DNA from: an uncultured Gammaproteobacteria bacterium
GTDB lineage: Bacteria; Pseudomonadota; Gammaproteobacteria; Methylococcales; Methylomonadaceae
Length of the DNA: 64,000 nt
NCBI GenBank assembly: GCA_963849195.1
Contig: CAWKGQ010000020.1
Location: 36,811 to 100,810 of the forward strand
Direction of reading: 5' to 3'
Under the pieces are notes generated by a model. That model ran no database searches. It had not been told where the DNA came from and saw only the letters and a program-made list of their open reading frames with translations. This document shows positions 61,273 to 64,000 of this stretch, in pieces. Each line of letters starts with the position of its first letter. The stretch's first letter is position 1. A program made the position numbers and the translations under genes.

Positions 61273-62490
61273 ATGCCTTTATTTACCTATAAAGCAATTA
61301 ATAGCCTGGGCGAAACAGAAGAAGGTATTAGAGACGCAGTTGACGAACGACTTTTAATTGCAGCATTGCAGTCGGAAGGTTATATCCCAATTCGTATTGC
61401 ACCTGCCAATAGCAGATCGTTTTTAGGCTTGGGTCTGGGTGCAAAACAGTCCAAATTATCGCAGAAAGATATTGCCTTATTGACCGGAGAACTGGCAACC
61501 TTACTGGGGTCTGGCTTGCCTTTGGATAAATCATTACTGGTGTTAATGGATCTGACTGAAGACAATGAACGTTTGAGTAAATTGATCGCAAGGGTTTTGG
61601 ACAAAGTTAAGGGCGGTGCTTCACTGGCTGATGCACTGGAACAGCAGTCGGGTGTTTTTACCAAATTTTATTTGAATATGATTCGTGCCGGTGAGGCAGG
61701 CGGCAGTCTGGATGATGTATTGACACGCATGTCTGACTATCTGGAACGCTCTCAGGAATTAAAAGATACCGTCAGCACCGCATTGATTTATCCTGCTATA
61801 TTGCTGGTGATGTCGTTGGCTTCTTTATTTGTGATGCTGACCTTTGTTGTGCCGCAATTTACGGAAATGTTTGAAAGTGCGGGTAAAGCCTTGCCAGTAT
61901 CAACACAGATTGTTGTAGGACTCGCGAACTGGTTGCAAAGCTATTGGTGGGCATTACTGGCTGGTATTGTTTCTATCTCCAGCTATATGAAGTTTCAGCT
62001 AGCCGACCCGATAAGAAAGAAAGTGTGGGATGGCCGTTTTCTGAAGCTGCCATTGGCAGGGACGATTATTACGAATAAAGAAACCGCCAATATCAGTCGC
62101 ACCCTGGGAACTTTACTGGGCAATGGGGTTTCAATACTTGCGGCGTTGGTCATTGTGCGAGAAACCGTCGACAATCTGGTACTGGCGGCGGCTATTGCGG
62201 ATGCTGAAGAACAGTTAAAACAGGGCAAGCATTTATCGGATGCTTTGCTGGGCAAGGGTTTGTTCCCTAAAATGGCTATGCAAATGATTAAAATGGGCGA
62301 AGAAACGGGACGCCTGGAAGAAATGCTGCTGCGTGTGGCGACTATTTATGATAAACAGCTCAGAGTGGCTATACAGCGACTGCTGGCTTTTCTTGAACCA
62401 GCGTTGATAATTAGCTTGGGACTGATGATTGCAGGTATCATCGTATCGATTTTACTGGCTATTTTGAGCGTTAATGATTTGGCTTTTTAA
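61273..62490 (+). CDS. gspF: type II secretion inner membrane platform protein
   Basis: LATLLGSGLPL, AGEAGGSL, ALIYP, GEETGRL, LEP. Confidence 0.94.
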   Translation: MPLFTYKAINSLGETEEGIRDAVDERLLIAALQSEGYIPIRIAPANSRSFLGLGLGAKQSKLSQKDIALLTGELATLLGSGLPLDKSLLVLMDLTEDNERLSKLIARVLDKVKGGASLADALEQQSGVFTKFYLNMIRAGEAGGSLDDVLTRMSDYLERSQELKDTVSTALIYPAILLVMSLASLFVMLTFVVPQFTEMFESAGKALPVSTQIVVGLANWLQSYWWALLAGIVSISSYMKFQLADPIRKKVWDGRFLKLPLAGTIITNKETANISRTLGTLLGNGVSILAALVIVRETVDNLVLAAAIADAEEQLKQGKHLSDALLGKGLFPKMAMQMIKMGEETGRLEEMLLRVATIYDKQLRVAIQRLLAFLEPALIISLGLMIAGIIVSILLAILSVNDLAF

Positions 62491-62509
62491 CGAGGAAATA
62501 ATATTAACA

Positions 62510-62935
62510 ATGAAACATATTAAAAATCATGCACAAACAGGCTTTACCTTGCTTGAGTTATTGGTCGTCTTGGGTATTATTGCCATGCTGGCGGGAATTG
62601 TAGGTCCACAAGTCATGAAGCACATGGGCGAATCGAAAACCAAAGCGGCAAAGGTGCAAATCGAAGATCTGTCGGCTACACTGGATATGTATAAACTGGA
62701 TTTGGGCAGTTATCCGACCAGTGAAGAAGGCTTGAAGGCATTAATTGAATCGCCTGATGGTGCAAAGCGCTGGAATGGACCTTACTTGAGCAAATCAAAA
62801 GTACCGATTGATCCCTGGCAACAGGAATACCGGTATGTATCTCCCGGCGAACATGGAAAATTTGATTTATTCACCCTGGGTGCGGACGGTAAAGAAGGCG
62901 GCGAAGGTGAAGATCAGGATATTGTTAGTTGGTAA
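62510..62935 (+). CDS. gspG: major pseudopilin
   Basis: G|FTLLELLVVL, LDMYKLD.G.YP, WNGPYL, DPW, GADG..GGEGED.DI. Confidence 0.95.
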   Translation: MKHIKNHAQTGFTLLELLVVLGIIAMLAGIVGPQVMKHMGESKTKAAKVQIEDLSATLDMYKLDLGSYPTSEEGLKALIESPDGAKRWNGPYLSKSKVPIDPWQQEYRYVSPGEHGKFDLFTLGADGKEGGEGEDQDIVSW

Positions 62936-63012
62936 TAATTCATAAGTTTCAAAGTTTAAGGTTCAAGGTAAAAAGAGCTGGATGCTTTCGCCTTGAGCCT
63001 TGTTCCTTACGC

Positions 63013-63462
63013 ATGAATAAGGGCTTTACTCTGCTTGAACTCATTGTTGTATTGTTTATTGTCGTATTAGGATTTTCTGTTGTCGGCATTAATCTTTCGT
63101 CGGGGAATGACTCCACGGAGCTTAAAGTTGCAGCCCGGGATATTGTTTCCGCCCTTCGCTTTGCCAGGGGACAGGCTTTAATTTCTCATCAGGAAACGAC
63201 AGTAACTCTTGACCTTGCCGAAAATACTTACACAGTAAGTGGTCGAGACAAGGTTTACCCTATCCCCAAAGCCATTGATATCACCCTAGTCACCGCGCAA
63301 AGCGATCTATCCGGCGAAGGCTTGGGGAGCATTCGTTTTTTTGCTGACGGGTCCTCTACAGGAGGCAGAATTACTTTGGAGCGGGGTAAGGCTGCCTGGC
63401 AAATCGATATAAACTGGCTAACCGGTCAAATTGAACTTGATGATACCGACGCGAGTGAATAA
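63013..63462 (+). CDS. gspH: minor pseudopilin H (alternative TTG start at 62929)
   Basis: G|FTLLELIVV, LRFARGQA, IRFFADGSSTGG, INWLTG. Confidence 0.88.
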   Translation: MNKGFTLLELIVVLFIVVLGFSVVGINLSSGNDSTELKVAARDIVSALRFARGQALISHQETTVTLDLAENTYTVSGRDKVYPIPKAIDITLVTAQSDLSGEGLGSIRFFADGSSTGGRITLERGKAAWQIDINWLTGQIELDDTDASE

Positions 63463-63889
63463 ACAAAAGGGGTTTTCTTTACTGGAAATTCTGATCGCGT
63501 TTTCGATCCTCGCGCTTTCGTTGGGTATCTTGCTAAAGATATTTTCCGCAGGCGTTAATACCGCTGTAATTGCCGAGGACTATACGGCAGCAGTTCAAAT
63601 TGCTGAAAGCTTAATGGCTAAAACAGGCGTGGAAACGCCATTGCAGGCAGGTCAGGAGTCAGGACTTGAAAATGAAAAATATCAATGGCGGGTTGAGATT
63701 AGTCCGTTTGCGTTTAATCCTGAAATAGCTGATAACACGGCAATAACGGCTGATCCCGAAAAAGCTGACACTGCGTCTATAACGGCAGTGCTTTTTAAAG
63801 TCAAGGTCCTCGTAAGCTGGGGTGATGATAATGTCAACAACAGGCAGATCGAGTTAACCACTTTAAAATTGATCAATAAAACATTATGA
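63455..63889 (+). CDS. gspI: minor pseudopilin I
   Basis: GTG start overlapping gspH; QKG|FSLLEILIAF. Confidence 0.85.
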   Translation: MNKQKGFSLLEILIAFSILALSLGILLKIFSAGVNTAVIAEDYTAAVQIAESLMAKTGVETPLQAGQESGLENEKYQWRVEISPFAFNPEIADNTAITADPEKADTASITAVLFKVKVLVSWGDDNVNNRQIELTTLKLINKTL

Positions 63890-64000
63890 GAAAAAATCAT
63901 GCACAAGGTACAAGGTGCAAGATTAATAATACTTGCCGTTTGAACCCTGCACCTTCTACCTTACACCTGCGCGGCTTTACCCTGATTGAAGTGCTCATCG
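63886..64000 (+). CDS. gspJ: minor pseudopilin J, N-terminus only (runs off the window)
   Basis: ATGA overlap with the gspI stop; MRKNHAQGTRCKINNTCRLNPAPSTLHLRG|FTLIEVLI. Confidence 0.75.
   Translation, partial: MRKNHAQGTRCKINNTCRLNPAPSTLHLRGFTLIEVLI

Overview
A 64-kb chromosomal window from a gammaproteobacterium. The gene set (gnd-zwf-pgl, MEKHLA protein, prsK plus a VPLPA-CTERM protein, glnK-amtB, second-type T2SS) suggests a Methylococcaceae (Methylobacter-like) methanotroph; this is an inference, not proven. The intact core comprises aroG, folA, two tRNA-Phe, gnd/zwf/pgl, amrS/B/A, nadE, mgtE, proB-obgE-rpmA-rplU, ispB, recD-recB, prsK-recC, an L,D-transpeptidase, glnK-amtB, a DUF748 protein and gspE-J. 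Accessory patches are interleaved: ISKra4-like remnants with a broken tolC, a possible orphan integron cassette, a frameshifted two-component system next to a PEP-CTERM metalloprotease, a beta-helix gene between two 179-bp MITEs, a partly decayed four-module toxin-antitoxin cluster, and a TetR-DUF4242-methanethiol oxidase unit. The most unusual signals are five in-frame palindromic (REP-like) segments across all three RecBCD subunit genes, heptamer-repeat hairpins in T2SS pseudopilin leader regions, the mtoX unit lacking mauG/SCO1, and a CarH-type B12 photoreceptor with a visible operator. All family assignments come from recognising motifs by eye; no searches were run.
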